NCBI GenBank assembly: GCA_037137395.1 | Contig: JBAXKK010000072.1 | Coordinates: forward strand, 1-13,299 | Length of the DNA: 13,299 nucleotides | Direction of reading: 5' to 3' | From: Elusimicrobiota bacterium | GTDB lineage: Bacteria; Elusimicrobiota; Elusimicrobia; Elusimicrobiales; UBA9959 | Part shown: piece by piece, positions 12,469-13,299 of the stretch | How the letters are laid out: every line of letters begins with the position of its first letter | Position numbering within the stretch: the stretch's first letter is position 1 | Made by a program: the position numbers and the translations under genes | Notes under the pieces: generated by a model | The model's input: only the letters and a program-made list of their open reading frames with translations | Database searches by the model: none | What the model was told of the DNA's origin: nothing

Positions 12469-13008
12469 TTATTTTGCTTCGGAAGATTTCTTCTCTCGCA
12501 CGGCCTCAACGGCGTAAGCGAGGTTAGTGGTCGGAGCTTCAAGAACCCACCTGATCTGAGCCAGGTTAGAGTAAAGAACCCCGGCCAGCTGCGTAAGCAG
12601 TTCGGCCTTGGTTCCGATCTTGGAAAGTTTTTCCAGATCCGCGGGCGTGAGCCAGCGGCTTGAAGTAAAACCACCCTTTATCTTTAAAGCGGGATTTTCC
12701 TTGGCAAAAGCCAGGAGGGCCTTGGCGGCCTTGGCGATGTCGTCGGCGCTGTCGATGGTGATAACGCCGGTAGGACCCTTAGCCACGCGGGCGTCTTCGG
12801 ACTTAAGCGCGGCGTTAGCCAGAGCGTGCGATACAACGGTGTTACGCATTACTTTAAATTTGGATTTAGCGGGGCGCAGATTCTCTTTAAGGGTATTGAT
12901 ATCCTTAAATTTGAGGCCCTGGAACGAGGCAAAAAACACATCTTTCGCCTTAAACTCGTCGCCGAGCTTCTTAGCGAGTTCGATTTTATCGTTTTTGCTG
13001 AGTTTCAT
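12469..13008 (-). CDS. rplJ: 50S ribosomal protein L10 (uL10)
   Basis: 179 aa directly upstream of rplL. Contains FQGL...FKVMRNT, GPTGV and LKIKGG segments matching L10 motifs, plus a C-terminal amphipathic helix region. Divergent but positionally unambiguous. Confidence 0.93.
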   Translation of the reverse strand: MKLSKNDKIELAKKLGDEFKAKDVFFASFQGLKFKDINTLKENLRPAKSKFKVMRNTVVSHALANAALKSEDARVAKGPTGVITIDSADDIAKAAKALLAFAKENPALKIKGGFTSSRWLTPADLEKLSKIGTKAELLTQLAGVLYSNLAQIRWVLEAPTTNLAYAVEAVREKKSSEAK

Positions 13009-13013
13009 AAAAA

Positions 13014-13113
13014 GATAAGTAGTAAGTTGTAAGGATTAAGTGGTAAGTTGTCAGCGATAATAAGAAGTAAGAAATTTTAAAAACTTAATCCTTAACACTT
13101 AATCCTTAATTCT
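13014..13113. repeat. Heptamer inverted-repeat element 6 (GGATTAA/TTAATCC family), 5S rRNA-rplJ spacer
   Basis: Left arm gataagt agtaagt tgtaagg attaagt ggtaagt tgtcagc (13014-13055). Right arm acttaat ccttaac acttaat ccttaat (13083-13110). Confidence 0.9.
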
Positions 13114-13163
13114 GGTCCTTTGAAAATTATTGCGCGATTCTAAAAACCTCATGTGATTTGTAA

Positions 13164-13283
13164 GACCGGCAGCGACCTACTCTGCCAACACCGGATTGGG
13201 TGTTAGTACCATCGGCCCTGGAGCCCTTAACTGCCGTGTTCGGAATGGGAACGGGTGTTACCTCTCCGGAATAACCACCGGTC
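13164..13283 (-). rRNA. rrf: 5S ribosomal RNA
   Basis: Reverse complement contains the 5S hallmarks CACCCGUUCCCAUUCCGAACACGGCAGUUAAG, GCCGAUGGUAC and AGAGUAGG. Terminal helix GACCGGUGG/CUGCCGGUC; about 120 nt. Ends uncertain by a few nt. Confidence 0.97.
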
Positions 13284-13299
13284 TAACAAATCACACGAA

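Noticed and set aside
13125..13163. Sigma70-like promoter for rplJ (TTACAA...TAGAAT on the minus strand)
   Set aside because: The -35 match is poor, the spacing is 15 nt, and the site overlaps the 5S precursor stem; not supportable from sequence alone.

Overview
Core bacterial translation/transcription cluster, entirely on the minus strand. In transcription order: 5S rRNA gene (13164-13283), rplJ, rplL, rpoB, rpoC, rpsL, rpsG, fusA and the first 18 codons of tuf. The proteins are housekeeping, and the RNA polymerase insertions suggest a Gracilicutes-type lineage; Elusimicrobiota is my tentative impression, not verified. The unusual content is non-coding. (1) Six of the eight intergenic spacers each hold a 74-100 nt element: 4-6 degenerate 7-nt units, a short spacer, then 4-5 units in inverted orientation. 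The units fall into four sequence families, but all keep an AG (left arm) or CT (right arm) dinucleotide at 7-nt period. (2) A 5S rRNA gene with a long precursor stem sits about 155 nt upstream of rplJ, where rplK-rplA and the L10 leader normally lie. (3) The two spacers without heptamer elements (rplJ-rplL, rplL-rpoB) hold multi-stem structures whose G-U pairs favour the mRNA strand. All structures were folded by eye, and comparisons with other species are from memory.
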